Made by a program: the position numbers and the translations under genes
The notes under the pieces: generated by a model
The model's database searches: none
What the model was told of the DNA's origin: nothing
What the model saw: the letters and a program-made list of their open reading frames with translations, nothing else
Source of the DNA: a virus
Lineage: Duplodnaviria > Caudoviricetes
DNA length: 64,000 nucleotides
Strand: one strand, 5' to 3'
Virus record (IMG/VR): IMGVR_UViG_3300043443_000351
Coordinates: 107 to 64,106 of that record
Part shown: one piece after another, positions 29,583-40,100 of the stretch
How positions within the stretch are numbered: the first letter of the stretch is position 1
Layout of the letters: the number at the start of each line of letters is the position of its first letter

Positions 29583-30815
29583 ATGGCATTAATTAAAGAT
29601 AATAGAGGACAACTCTTAGCAAGTAATTTATCTCAATACTTAGCCGGAGCAGCAAGCACCGCAGGAACTCCCGTAGATACTAACGAATTAGTTAGAATCG
29701 TAAATCAATTTTTGGGAGAAGGAGAGCAAATTAGTTCAGATTTAACAACTGTAACTAATGGTATTTACAAAAAATTTGGTGCTATTGATAAAGTAACTAA
29801 TAGAACGGAAATTGTAACTTCTGGAATATGGAGTGGTGATACGGGTTCTTTAGCTACATTCTTTACATCATCTTTGCAACATAATTCGGCAACGGGTAAG
29901 TATTACTTAGATGTATATAACGCAGCAACATCATCTGATACAGCGGAGGTTCAATTCTCAATTGCATATGGTGATTATAATGGATATGGTGCACCAACCT
30001 TAACGCAAGATGATTCATCTACATTATCAACTAAAGCTATATACAATCAATTTAAAAATGTATTATTAGATAGTGCAGATTCATTCTTTAGTGTATATAG
30101 TGGTTCAACTGCAAATGGACATGATTTAACATCATTCTACGCAATTAACGTAAATAGAGCTAGATACAAAGAAAGATTAGACCCAGGTAACGTTTCAATC
30201 AACCTTTCTGGTTCAGTTGGTTTAGTAACTTTAATTGATGATAGTGGTGGAACTGATGAAAATGTAACAACTGCAGGTAGAGTTTATAACTTAGTTAGTG
30301 GTTCATTGAATATTGGCTCAGCACTAACTGCATCAATCAATACTTATACTGCATCAAACGGAGAAGGTTTTGGTTTATTCTATCCTGATATGGGTATTAT
30401 ATTATTGAATCCAAACGCATTATCAGCATCGGTAGATGGTACATTGATGACAGCAGCTGGTTCAACTACTCTTAAATACCACCAATCGGGTTCAGTATCG
30501 GGTTCATTAAAATTATTCGATGCATTGAAAAAAGGAGCTGATTTCCAAGCAAGAAGAACTGAAAATGTTTCTACATCTCACTATTTCGTAAGAGCAAACA
30601 ACAGAGAATTTAACTTCTCAAATAACCCAACATTCGTAAGTGGTTCGGTTGGAGCATTTGCCAATGTATCTTTCGAAAAAGACCCTAAAGTGTATATTAC
30701 AACTGTAGGTCTTTATGATGATGCAAATGAGTTATTAGCAGTAGCTAAAACATCTCAACCAATTGCAAAATCATTTGATAAAGAGGTAGCAATCAAAGTT
30801 AAATTAGATTTCTAA
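29583..30815 (+). CDS. Virion structural protein (paralog of 30886)
   Basis: C-terminal YITTVGLYDDANELLAVAK...KVKLDF. Confidence 0.6.
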   Translation: MALIKDNRGQLLASNLSQYLAGAASTAGTPVDTNELVRIVNQFLGEGEQISSDLTTVTNGIYKKFGAIDKVTNRTEIVTSGIWSGDTGSLATFFTSSLQHNSATGKYYLDVYNAATSSDTAEVQFSIAYGDYNGYGAPTLTQDDSSTLSTKAIYNQFKNVLLDSADSFFSVYSGSTANGHDLTSFYAINVNRARYKERLDPGNVSINLSGSVGLVTLIDDSGGTDENVTTAGRVYNLVSGSLNIGSALTASINTYTASNGEGFGLFYPDMGIILLNPNALSASVDGTLMTAAGSTTLKYHQSGSVSGSLKLFDALKKGADFQARRTENVSTSHYFVRANNREFNFSNNPTFVSGSVGAFANVSFEKDPKVYITTVGLYDDANELLAVAKTSQPIAKSFDKEVAIKVKLDF

Positions 30816-30837
30816 TCAGAGAATATAACTAACATCT

Positions 30838-30861
30838 AACCCCCTTCAATGGGGGTTTTTT
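30838..30861 (+). terminator. Intrinsic terminator
   Basis: AACCCCC-TTCAAT-GGGGGTT followed by TTTT. Confidence 0.85.
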
Positions 30862-30870
30862 GTTAATTCG

Positions 30871-30879
30871 ATATTTATA
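30871..30879 (+). promoter_or_regulatory. Putative late promoter motif ATATTTATA
   Basis: Directly after the terminator, 6 nt before ATG 30886. Confidence 0.6.
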
Positions 30880-30885
30880 CTTGAT

Positions 30886-32097
30886 ATGTTAAAAAGGATA
30901 CCAAAATCAGATATTAGTATAAGACCTTTTAAGGCTTATAAAGAGTGGGATAAAACATCAGCTAGTGCTTCATTGTTAGTAGCTGAAGAGGGTTCGTATT
31001 CATCAACGGATGAAACTACGCCAACTATTGGTTATTTAAATGGTATTCCATATAATAAACATTCTTTATATGGACAATTAAGAGCTCAATTTTATAATGG
31101 AAATGAAGATAATCCATTTTTAAGATTTGGCGATAAAACAAATGAATATGAAACTTTAGCAGCAGCTAGAGATAGATATTTAGGAACATCGGCTAAAGTA
31201 ATTTCTATACCGCAAATATCAATTGGTGAAGGAATAAAAAAAGGTTCTGCTATTTTGACCGATGGCGATAAAATTTATGCGGATGATAGTAATGGAAATT
31301 TAATTGATTCCGCCGGTGATAGCGTTACAGTTGCAAGTATTGATACCGAAAATAACGAAATACTTTTTACGGATTTATTGGGTACGGGATATACCGCATC
31401 GTTTCAAACCGGAGTTGGTGATGTTGATATTTCTAATGGAGTTTTTAATTTAAGTTATAATGGACAAGATTATGACCCTATTGAAATTATTAGCTTTGAT
31501 GTTAATAGTGGTGTATTAGTGATAGCCAATATACCTTTCTTACAAGGAGCAGCTGGAGTTAGTAAAATTGGTAATGTTTTCTATACACAAGGTTTAATTG
31601 TTATAACTAGAAATGTAAATGATTTATTATTAGGAAGTTGGAATCTTACTTACAAATCAACAAAAACGATTTATGAGCACGAATATTTACTGATTGTAAA
31701 TAATGATGAATTTAACATTTCACAAAATCCATCCGCAATTGTGGAGGTTGATAGAGTAGATGAATATATAACGGGTTCAGATGGTAAAATTTATAAAACA
31801 ACCACTACGCCTGGTGTTAAATATATTCGTAAACTATCTACTTTAGAAAATGGTAACACATTAGATTTCAGATTTACAGGTTCATATAGTGGTTCTAATC
31901 CAGCAACTTATGCAGGATTTGAACATCACGATTTAAGTGGTTCAATAGATTCTACGGGCTCATTCTTAGCACCATATATTACAACCATTGGATTATATGA
32001 TGATAATTGCGATTTAGTAGCTGTGGCTAAACTTCCACAACCAATTAAATCGGAGCCAGAAATGCCTGTAAACTTTATTATCCGTTTTGATACTTAA
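30886..32097 (+). CDS. Virion structural protein (paralog of 29583)
   Basis: EFNISQNPS and YITTIGLYDDNCDLVAVAK shared with 29583. Confidence 0.6.
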   Translation: MLKRIPKSDISIRPFKAYKEWDKTSASASLLVAEEGSYSSTDETTPTIGYLNGIPYNKHSLYGQLRAQFYNGNEDNPFLRFGDKTNEYETLAAARDRYLGTSAKVISIPQISIGEGIKKGSAILTDGDKIYADDSNGNLIDSAGDSVTVASIDTENNEILFTDLLGTGYTASFQTGVGDVDISNGVFNLSYNGQDYDPIEIISFDVNSGVLVIANIPFLQGAAGVSKIGNVFYTQGLIVITRNVNDLLLGSWNLTYKSTKTIYEHEYLLIVNNDEFNISQNPSAIVEVDRVDEYITGSDGKIYKTTTTPGVKYIRKLSTLENGNTLDFRFTGSYSGSNPATYAGFEHHDLSGSIDSTGSFLAPYITTIGLYDDNCDLVAVAKLPQPIKSEPEMPVNFIIRFDT

Positions 32098-32100
32098 TTT

Positions 32101-32120
32101 ATATTTATACTAAAGAAAAC
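32101..32120 (+). promoter_or_regulatory. Putative late promoter ATATTTATAC-TAAAGAAAAC
   Basis: Intergenic; motif followed by the same decamer that is repeated at 37061-37090. Confidence 0.6.
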
Positions 32121-32125
32121 ACATT

Positions 32126-32335
32126 ATGTCAAAGATTTTAGATTTATACGAAGCAAATAAATCAGCACTTGGTGTTGATAAGATTTCATTTGAAGCAGGA
32201 GTAAATGCAAAAACTCCATATACTACAAATGATTTGAAGAAAGCTGATGAGCAAGTATTAACTGCCGCTAAATTCAAAACCGGAAGAGGTGGAGAAGTTA
32301 ACGATAAGAAATACTCTGATTCAGTAAAAAAATAA
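32126..32335 (+). CDS. Small hypothetical protein
   Basis: Intact 69 aa ORF after the promoter motif. Confidence 0.65.
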   Translation: MSKILDLYEANKSALGVDKISFEAGVNAKTPYTTNDLKKADEQVLTAAKFKTGRGGEVNDKKYSDSVKK

Positions 32336-32339
32336 TTTA

Positions 32340-32753
32340 ATGGCCAAAAAAGTTACAAAAAAATCTAGCACATGGGTTGCTAGAAAATATGGATTTAAAT
32401 CCGGTCTTGAAGAAAATATTTCAATTCAAATTGAAGGTAAAGGTATTGTAGTACAATATGAATCAGAAAAGATTCCGTATATTGTACCTGCTACTCAGCA
32501 TACCTATAATCCTGATTTCAAATTACCAAATGGTATTATAGTTGAAACTAAAGGTAGATTTGTTGCCGCAGACCGAAAAAAGCACCAATTGGTAAAAGAA
32601 CAACATCCAACATTGGATATTCGCTTTGTTTTTTCAAACTCAAAGAACAAAATCAGTAAAAATTCAAAAACCACCTACGGAATGTGGTGTGAAAAAAATG
32701 GATTCAAATACGCAGATAAAGAAATACCGGATTCTTGGTTTTTAGAACCATAA
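32340..32753 (+). CDS. T7-type endonuclease I (Holliday junction resolvase)
   Basis: FKSGLEE, YNPDF.LPNGIIVETKGRF, DRKKH, LDIRFVF and TTYGMWCEKNGF motifs. Confidence 0.93.
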   Translation: MAKKVTKKSSTWVARKYGFKSGLEENISIQIEGKGIVVQYESEKIPYIVPATQHTYNPDFKLPNGIIVETKGRFVAADRKKHQLVKEQHPTLDIRFVFSNSKNKISKNSKTTYGMWCEKNGFKYADKEIPDSWFLEP

Positions 32754-32756
32754 AAA

Positions 32757-32788
32757 TTTGGTAATATCAAATATTTGTAGTATATTTG
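32757..32788 (+). promoter_or_regulatory. Bacteroidota sigma70-type promoter
   Basis: TTTG at 32757-32760, 20 nt spacer, TATATTTG at 32781-32788. Confidence 0.8.
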
Positions 32789-32792
32789 TTTT

Positions 32793-33734
32793 GTGTTAAG
32801 TAGCAATGATAAAAATAAGGTAATTAATGCCCTTACTAATGTATTGGGTAATGGTCTTACTCTAAAGGGTAACGAATTGGCATTTCACTGTCCATTTTGT
32901 AATCACCACAAACCTAAACTGCAAGTAAATACCGAAACTCAAAAATGGCATTGTTGGACTTGTAATAGTGGTGGTAAAAAGCTTACATCCTTACTTCGTA
33001 AATTGGATGTAGATAGAAAAACTATATCTCTTATTAGAGAAATTTATGGAGATAGTAGTTGGACACCACAGCAAGAAGATGCTGAAACAAAGGTATTCAT
33101 ACAACTTCCAAAAGAATTCATTTCATTATCAGAAGAACCAAAGGGATTCAATCCCGAATATAAACATGCTATGTTCTATCTTACTCAAAGAGGAATTAGT
33201 ATGAAAGAAATCATAAAATATAATATTGGATATTGTAAAGAAGGATTGTATGCTCGTAGAGTAATTATTCCATCATACGATTCAAATGGACAATTAAATT
33301 ATTTTGTTTCTCGTTCATACTATTCGGAAGAGAAGATGAAATATAAAAATCCACCAATCAGTAAAAATATAATTGGATTCGAATCGCAAGTTAATTGGAA
33401 TGAACCAATTATATTATGTGAAGGGGTATTTGATGCCATTACAATCAAACGAAACGCAATTCCTTTGTTGGGTAAATTCCCATCAAAGCAATTAGTAGAA
33501 AAAATATTTATGAATGGAGTTAGTGATATTGTTATTTCATTAGATAACGATGCTATTAACGAAGCACTTAAAGCCGCTGAATATTTTAGAAAGCAAGGAA
33601 TAAATGTAAAGATGATGTATCTGAAAGATAAAGATGCATCGGATATGGGATACGAAAAATTTTATGAAGAACTAAAGAAAACTAAAGAGTTTTCAAGCGA
33701 AGAATTACTATTAAGCAAAATAAATAGTTTATGA
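32793..33734 (+). CDS. DNA primase (DnaG-type, Zn finger plus TOPRIM)
   Basis: CPFC...HCWTC zinc-binding domain; ILCEGVFDA and SLDNDA TOPRIM motifs. Confidence 0.92.
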   Translation: MLSSNDKNKVINALTNVLGNGLTLKGNELAFHCPFCNHHKPKLQVNTETQKWHCWTCNSGGKKLTSLLRKLDVDRKTISLIREIYGDSSWTPQQEDAETKVFIQLPKEFISLSEEPKGFNPEYKHAMFYLTQRGISMKEIIKYNIGYCKEGLYARRVIIPSYDSNGQLNYFVSRSYYSEEKMKYKNPPISKNIIGFESQVNWNEPIILCEGVFDAITIKRNAIPLLGKFPSKQLVEKIFMNGVSDIVISLDNDAINEALKAAEYFRKQGINVKMMYLKDKDASDMGYEKFYEELKKTKEFSSEELLLSKINSL

Positions 33735-36700
33735 AAAAACTAAAAACAATCTATCACATCGCCGATGTACATATTCGTAATGTACAACGACACAAAGAGT
33801 ATAGACAAGTGTTTGAAAAAATGTTTGAAGAAATCCGTAAAAGAGGAACGGAAAATTCAATCATTTATTTAGCAGGTGATATTGCTCATGCTAAATTAGA
33901 ACTTTCGCCAGAATTGGTTAGAGAGATTAGTTGGTTATTTACAGAATGTTCTAAACATTGTGAAACAATCCTTATCACAGGTAATCACGATTGTAATATG
34001 AATAATTCTGATAGATTGGATGTACTTACTCCAATTGTTGAAGCATTGAACTTACCAAATTTTACATATTTGAGAGATACGCAAGTTTATTCAATTGGTG
34101 ATGTGGATTTTGGTGTATTCAGTATATTTGATGATAAATCTAATTGGCCTAAAGCAGATACTTTAAGTGGAAACAAAAAAATTGCACTATTTCACGGACC
34201 AGTTGATAATTCCCAAACCGATGTAGGATATGTTGTAAGTAGTAGACATTTTACAACTGATATGTTCAATGGATACGATTTAGCCTTATTAGGTGATATC
34301 CATAAAAGACAAACTATGATTTCTCCAAGCGGATGTAAAGTAGTTTATGCCGGTTCATTGGTACAACAAAACTTTGGTGAAAGTTTAAACGGACACGGAT
34401 TCTTAGTTTGGGATTTGGATTCATTTAAATATGAAGCAATTGATATCCCAAATGAATATGGATATTATACTTTAGATGTAGATAATGGTGTAGTTCCAAT
34501 TGTAACGGATATGCCAAAGAAACCTCGTTTAAGAGTTCGTTTATCTAATACCGATACATCTGATACAAAGAAAGTAATTACTGAAATTAAGATGAGATAT
34601 GGTGTTGAGGATTTCACAATTATCAGAACCGATTCATTTAATAAACAAAAGACGGGAAATCGTTTATCTAAATTGGATTTTGAAGATGTATCCGATACAA
34701 ACTATCAAAATACTCTTATAAGAGATTATGTTCAGAGAATGATGCCGTTTACTACCACTACGGATTTAGATGGATTGGAAGTAATCAATCGAGATATCAA
34801 TAGTAGAATTGTACAAGAAGAAATTCATAGAAACATTAATTGGAAACCAATTAAATTTACGTTCAGTAATATGTTCTCCTATGGTGAGGCAAATAAAATT
34901 GATTTTACCAAAGTAGGAGGATTGATGGGATTGTTTGCTCCTAATGCTAGTGGTAAATCATCTTTATTCGATGCAATATCATTTTGTTTATTTGATAAAT
35001 GTAGTAGAGCATTTAAAGCACAAAACATATTAAACAATCGTAAAAGTGATTTTGAATGTGAATTACATTTCCAAGTAGATGGAATCGATTTTCACATTAA
35101 AAGAACCGCAAGAACTATTAATAAAGGAAAGAATGTAAAAGTAGATGTTCAATTTTGGAAAGAAGAAGGTGGTGTAGTTACATCATTAAATGGAACGGAA
35201 CGTAGAGATACAAATGTTGTAATTGAACAATATGTTGGTAAGTATGAAGATTTCGTATTGACCGCTTTATCTTTACAAGGTAATAATTCTATATTCATTG
35301 ATAAATCTCAATCGGAGAGAAAGGATTTATTAGCACAATTTATGGGATTAAACATTTTTGATAAATTATATGAAACTGCTACCGAAGATATAAAGGAAGT
35401 TTCAGTATTAATCAAAAACTTTAAAAGAACGGATTTCACATCTGAATTGGCTGAGAAAGGTTTAGAAAAGCAAACCAAAAAATCCGAATTAAGAGGATTA
35501 GAAAAAACTTTAGAAAGTAGAACAATTGATTTAAACGATTTATCGGATAAAATATTAGGATTAACAAAAGAGTTAACACCAATAGATGGTAATTTAGATT
35601 TAGATAGTTTAACTAAGCAGCAAAATTCAATAGGTAGAGATATTTTACATATTTTAGCAGAAAAAAAGGCTAAAGTTGAGAATATAGAAAAATCTACAAT
35701 TGCTATAAGTGAATTATCTGCATCAATTGAAGAAAATAAAAAGTTTTATCTTTCTGATGATAATTACATTGATATTGAAGATGCAAATGGAAGTTATATT
35801 CAAGCCGAAAAAGATTACAATGTGGCAAATAATATTTACCATGTTGCTAAAAGAACTTTAGAAGCAGCGGAAGAAAAAATTAAACATTTGGATTCGCATC
35901 AATATGACCCTAATTGTAAATTTTGTTGTGATAATGTATTCGTAAAGGATGCAATGAAAGCAAAAGAGGATTTGGAATATTTAGAGGTTAATGTAGATGA
36001 AGCAATGAATGATGTTAGTGGATTTTCTAATATTATGAGTATGTTTGCAGATGCTAAATCTCAATATGATACTATGTTGGATTTACAATCCAAATATGGT
36101 AAAGCACTCGTATTAAAGGAAAAATCAGAAGCCGAATTAGAAGGATTAGATACCAAAGAGCAATTATTAGAACATCAATTAGAATCAGTTAAAGATAATA
36201 TCCAAAAATATCACGACAATGAGGATACCATCAAACGTAATAAGCAAATTGAATCGTTAATCGATGGATTAAATAGAACTAAAGGTGAAATTGAATCCGA
36301 AATTAAATCAATCAATAAAGATATCGCAGGATTGAATGGTTCTATTTCTTCATTAGAATCGTTTATAGAAGGTATTAAATCTAAGATGGATGAAGTTAAG
36401 GAATTGGAAGAAAAGAACCGCCTATACACTTATTATTTAGATGCGGTGAAGCGTGATGGTATTCCATATGAATTAATTTCAAAAGCAATGCCTGTTATTG
36501 AAAATGAAATCAATAATATACTTGCACAAGTTGTTGATTTTAGTATCGTAATGGATATTGATGGTAAATCCATTAATGCAAAGATTGTTTACGAAGACCA
36601 AGAATGGCCTTTGGAAATGTGTAGTGGTATGGAAAAATTCGTAAGTGGATTGGCAATTAGAGTAGCTCTAATTAACATTTGCGGATTACCTCGTCCAAAC

Positions 36701-36892
36701 TTCTTAGTAATTGATGAAGGATTTGGTACATTGGATGCAAATAACTTATCATCTTTATTTATGATGATGCAGTATTTAAAAACTCAATTTGATTTCATTT
36801 GGATGATTTCTCACTTAGAACAAATGAGAGATATCGTAGATGGATTAATAGAAATAAAGAAAGTAGATGGGTTTAGTAAGATTGATTTTTAA
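33731..36892 (+). CDS. Fused Mre11/SbcD nuclease - Rad50/SbcC ATPase
   Basis: ADVH, AGDIAH, GNHD, FHG and GDIH phosphoesterase motifs; APNASGKSS Walker A; CKFC zinc hook; CSGME signature; VIDEG Walker B; ISH H-loop, all in one ORF. Confidence 0.92.
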   Translation: MKKLKTIYHIADVHIRNVQRHKEYRQVFEKMFEEIRKRGTENSIIYLAGDIAHAKLELSPELVREISWLFTECSKHCETILITGNHDCNMNNSDRLDVLTPIVEALNLPNFTYLRDTQVYSIGDVDFGVFSIFDDKSNWPKADTLSGNKKIALFHGPVDNSQTDVGYVVSSRHFTTDMFNGYDLALLGDIHKRQTMISPSGCKVVYAGSLVQQNFGESLNGHGFLVWDLDSFKYEAIDIPNEYGYYTLDVDNGVVPIVTDMPKKPRLRVRLSNTDTSDTKKVITEIKMRYGVEDFTIIRTDSFNKQKTGNRLSKLDFEDVSDTNYQNTLIRDYVQRMMPFTTTTDLDGLEVINRDINSRIVQEEIHRNINWKPIKFTFSNMFSYGEANKIDFTKVGGLMGLFAPNASGKSSLFDAISFCLFDKCSRAFKAQNILNNRKSDFECELHFQVDGIDFHIKRTARTINKGKNVKVDVQFWKEEGGVVTSLNGTERRDTNVVIEQYVGKYEDFVLTALSLQGNNSIFIDKSQSERKDLLAQFMGLNIFDKLYETATEDIKEVSVLIKNFKRTDFTSELAEKGLEKQTKKSELRGLEKTLESRTIDLNDLSDKILGLTKELTPIDGNLDLDSLTKQQNSIGRDILHILAEKKAKVENIEKSTIAISELSASIEENKKFYLSDDNYIDIEDANGSYIQAEKDYNVANNIYHVAKRTLEAAEEKIKHLDSHQYDPNCKFCCDNVFVKDAMKAKEDLEYLEVNVDEAMNDVSGFSNIMSMFADAKSQYDTMLDLQSKYGKALVLKEKSEAELEGLDTKEQLLEHQLESVKDNIQKYHDNEDTIKRNKQIESLIDGLNRTKGEIESEIKSINKDIAGLNGSISSLESFIEGIKSKMDEVKELEEKNRLYTYYLDAVKRDGIPYELISKAMPVIENEINNILAQVVDFSIVMDIDGKSINAKIVYEDQEWPLEMCSGMEKFVSGLAIRVALINICGLPRPNFLVIDEGFGTLDANNLSSLFMMMQYLKTQFDFIWMISHLEQMRDIVDGLIEIKKVDGFSKIDF

Positions 36893-37052
36893 CCTTATCA
36901 GCTCTTAACACACCCGCTTGAGGTTTAGTAACACCAACGTGTTTCTTAATTAGATTTTCAACTAAACTTCCCATCTTAAACCCATGTTCTTCACAATATT
37001 GTTTGAGAAGTTCGTGGGTTTCTTTTTTTATTTGTAACATAGCGTATTTCAT
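36873..37052 (-). CDS. Ribbon-helix-helix DNA-binding protein (59 aa, not in ORF track)
   Basis: MKYAMLQIKKETHELLKQYCEEHGFKMGSLVENLIKKH... shows the strand-helix-G-helix pattern of CopG/Arc-type proteins. Has its own promoter motif on the minus strand. Confidence 0.7.
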   Translation of the reverse strand: MKYAMLQIKKETHELLKQYCEEHGFKMGSLVENLIKKHVGVTKPQAGVLRADKVKNQSY

Positions 37053-37060
37053 AACATTTA

Positions 37061-37090
37061 GTTTTCTTTAGTTTTCATTAGTTTTCTTTA
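37061..37090. repeat. Three tandem 10-bp repeats GTTTTC(T/A)TTA
   Basis: gttttcttta gttttcatta gttttcttta read directly from the sequence. Confidence 0.9.
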
Positions 37091-37099
37091 TATAAATAT
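37091..37099 (-). promoter_or_regulatory. Putative late promoter motif ATATTTATA on the minus strand
   Basis: TATAAATAT on + strand, oriented toward the RHH gene. Confidence 0.6.
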
Positions 37100-37119
37100 T
37101 GGATAATAATTTTTTGTGA

Positions 37120-37128
37120 ATATTTATA
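37120..37128 (+). promoter_or_regulatory. Putative late promoter motif ATATTTATA
   Basis: 17 nt before the tail fibre ATG; forms a divergent pair with 37091-37099. Confidence 0.6.
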
Positions 37129-37145
37129 CTAAAGAAATTTCATAA

Positions 37146-40100
37146 ATGGCTGTAACAAAGAAAACCTTATTTGCTGAAAATTTAGATAGATACAATACAT
37201 TTGTACAAGATACAAATCCAAATAGTAGATATTTTAATATAACAGAACTACCCGATACATTTACAGGTGGTAAAAACGCATTTTTAATTGCCGGCTCAAA
37301 TGAATTAGTAGCTGATACTTTAATAAAAATAGAAATTAAAGATGCGGCTGGTGAAATCATATATCACGAGCCAGGTGAAGGATATTTGTTAACTAATATA
37401 AATGGTGAATCCTTTCCAGTAGAATATTATGAAGGTGTATCAAAGGTTGTAGCAGTTTACATTTATCCCGATACAACGGCATATGGTCCGTGTACAATTA
37501 CAATATTAGGAGAGTTAAGTAATTATTACGATGATAATGGATTATTAAGTCCTATACCATTAGAATGGCAAGGTACTTATAATGTAAAATGGCAAAAGAA
37601 AGTTAATGTAAATCCTACATTAGCAAACACTACAAAAGTTAGATTTTATAGAAGACCAGCCGTAAGTATTTCTGAAATAGTATCTCCAATATATAGAATT
37701 GATTCAAATAGTGGATTAAAAGTAAATACGGGAATAAACCAATCATTTGCAGATATTAAATTATCTCAAATGGATACATTCGCTGGAGATATTAAACGTA
37801 TAAAGGTATTCAGAACATCATTAGGAGATATTTCCGACTATGATATGATTCAGGATATTTTGGTTGAATCCAAAGAAGAATTAACTTCATATGATTTAAG
37901 TGGTAGTGTAGTCGGAAATGCCGGATTGTTCACATCTGAAGTATTGCAGAAATTATGGACAACCTCTCCAGGAATGTATGCAACATTGGATTCTACTAAA
38001 GTAGATAATGGTGTTATGTTAGTTGCCACTAACGATTCTGCTAAATTTACATATACATCTTCATTAAATTTATCCCAAAATAGCGTATATGAATTTGGAA
38101 TAGATGCAGTTTATGCATCCGCTGTTACAGCTTCTAATTTGAATATATTCATTAGTGGGTCTAATAATGGTGAAGTATTAATTGGTTCATTGGAAGGAAT
38201 CGTTCCTACTAAAAATTTAAAAGATAGTGTAATTCAATTTTCATTATCAAAATCAGAACCTACCGCTAGTTTATATTTGATGGGGAGTGGTTCATCCGAT
38301 AGAACATGGCATATTGGAAATTTATCTTTAAAATTATCACAAGATACTGCATTTTCACCGGATAGTGTTTCATTTATAACATCCATGCCAACTGTTGTTG
38401 GTGATGAAGATTTTAATTTTAAATTTGAATTTTACGATATAAATAATAATTACGTTCCGGTTGCAGTAACCGCAAGTGCTAATTTTACGGGAGGTTCAAA
38501 TACTATTACAAAGTTATTAACATTTGAATCAGATAGAACGGCATTTAGATTTTCATCGGGTTCAGTAGGTAATCCTCCAACTCAATTTGTAAGATTTAAA
38601 ACACAAAGAACAAACTTTACAGGTTCAATAACTTATTCAAGTGCATCATTTGATGTTAATGGTAATTATATATTACCAGCATCATATGCCGGAGAATATC
38701 CTGGAGCACTTTCAAATGTAAGTGATGCCGGTGCATTATTGAGTATAGCAAAATTTAGTGGAAGTGTTAGTAGTGTAGTGGTGGGTTCGATTGTTTATAC
38801 CGCATCGTGTGAAGGGGTTGAAGAATATGAGACTATTTATAGATTTGAAGATGGTGAAAATGCACCGGGTGTTTTTGTAACATCTAATACTAATCAATTT
38901 ATTTATAAAGCAACTGATTTATCATTAAACCCATCCGGTCAAACAATAACCATTGAAGCTAAACGTAAAAATTTAGCATCCGCAACAACACCATTAACTG
39001 TAAATTCGGGAAGTGGTAAACCACCATTAACATTTGTATCTACAAATGCAACAAATGGAGTAGATACTTATACGATAGCCGGTACGGCATATCCATACGG
39101 AACGGGAGAAACTACATATTTCATTTCGGGTTCAGACCAATTTGGAAATGAATTTTCAGATGCAATAAAGATAACTCCTGTAAAAATATTGGATGGATTA
39201 TCTGCAACTCTTACAAATGATAACGCATCATTGCCAGCACTTTCTAATGGATTTGTAGCAAGTGGTTCATTTTATTTTACTTCAGGCTCCGTTAATGTAA
39301 AAGTTGGAAATGAAACTATTACATTTGATGATGATAATGATAGTGCTAGAGCTAATAATACATTTGCAATTACCAATTTAAGTGGAACTGGTTGTACTCC
39401 AAATGGTGGTAATAATAGTAATCCATCCGAAAATGCATATAGTATAACTAATCTAACAGCAGATAGTGGTTCTTTGGATATCACAATTAATTATAAGGAT
39501 GGTGCCGGTGATACGACCGATATTGTAAAGATAGTAACTTATACAAAAAATAAAAAAGCAGCACCGGTATTAGCAATATCTTCTACAAATAAAGTACAAT
39601 CGGTTTCAGCAAAATCTACGGGTGTACAAATTGATGCGTTTTCAAATGTAACCATAAGTGTAAACGAAACTTATAATGGTGCAACTACTTCAAAAAGTTT
39701 ATCATCGTTAACCGCAACATCTTCGGATATTTCATCTATTGTAACCGATTATACAACGGGAGTTGTTACTTTGAATGGTAGAACTTTAGCAGATGGAACT
39801 AATTCAACTACCATAACTATAACGGCGGTAGTTACCGATTCCGAAGGTGTAAGTAGAACTGTAACCGATACATTGAGTTTATCAAAAGTTAAAAAAGCAC
39901 CACCTGCTATTACATTTGCAATAACCCCATCATCTCAAACAGTGGCTGCGGATAGTGCCGGAACATTAACAGGTACAATAGTAGACCCAGTCTTAACCGC
40001 ATTTGAAGGTTCATCTGCTTTAACATATAATCAAAGCACATTAACAACATCTCAATACAAAATTACAAATGTAACGGGTGTAACTGTAGCAAGTACTACT

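Noticed and set aside
37061-37090. Tandem repeats as a CRISPR array or iteron origin
   Set aside because: 10-bp units without spacers, only three copies, and no cas or rep gene nearby.
37091-37098. TATAAATA as a T4-type late promoter on the + strand
   Set aside because: It is the only intergenic + strand copy noticed. All other genes have the reverse-complement form upstream, so it is better read as the minus-strand promoter of the RHH gene.
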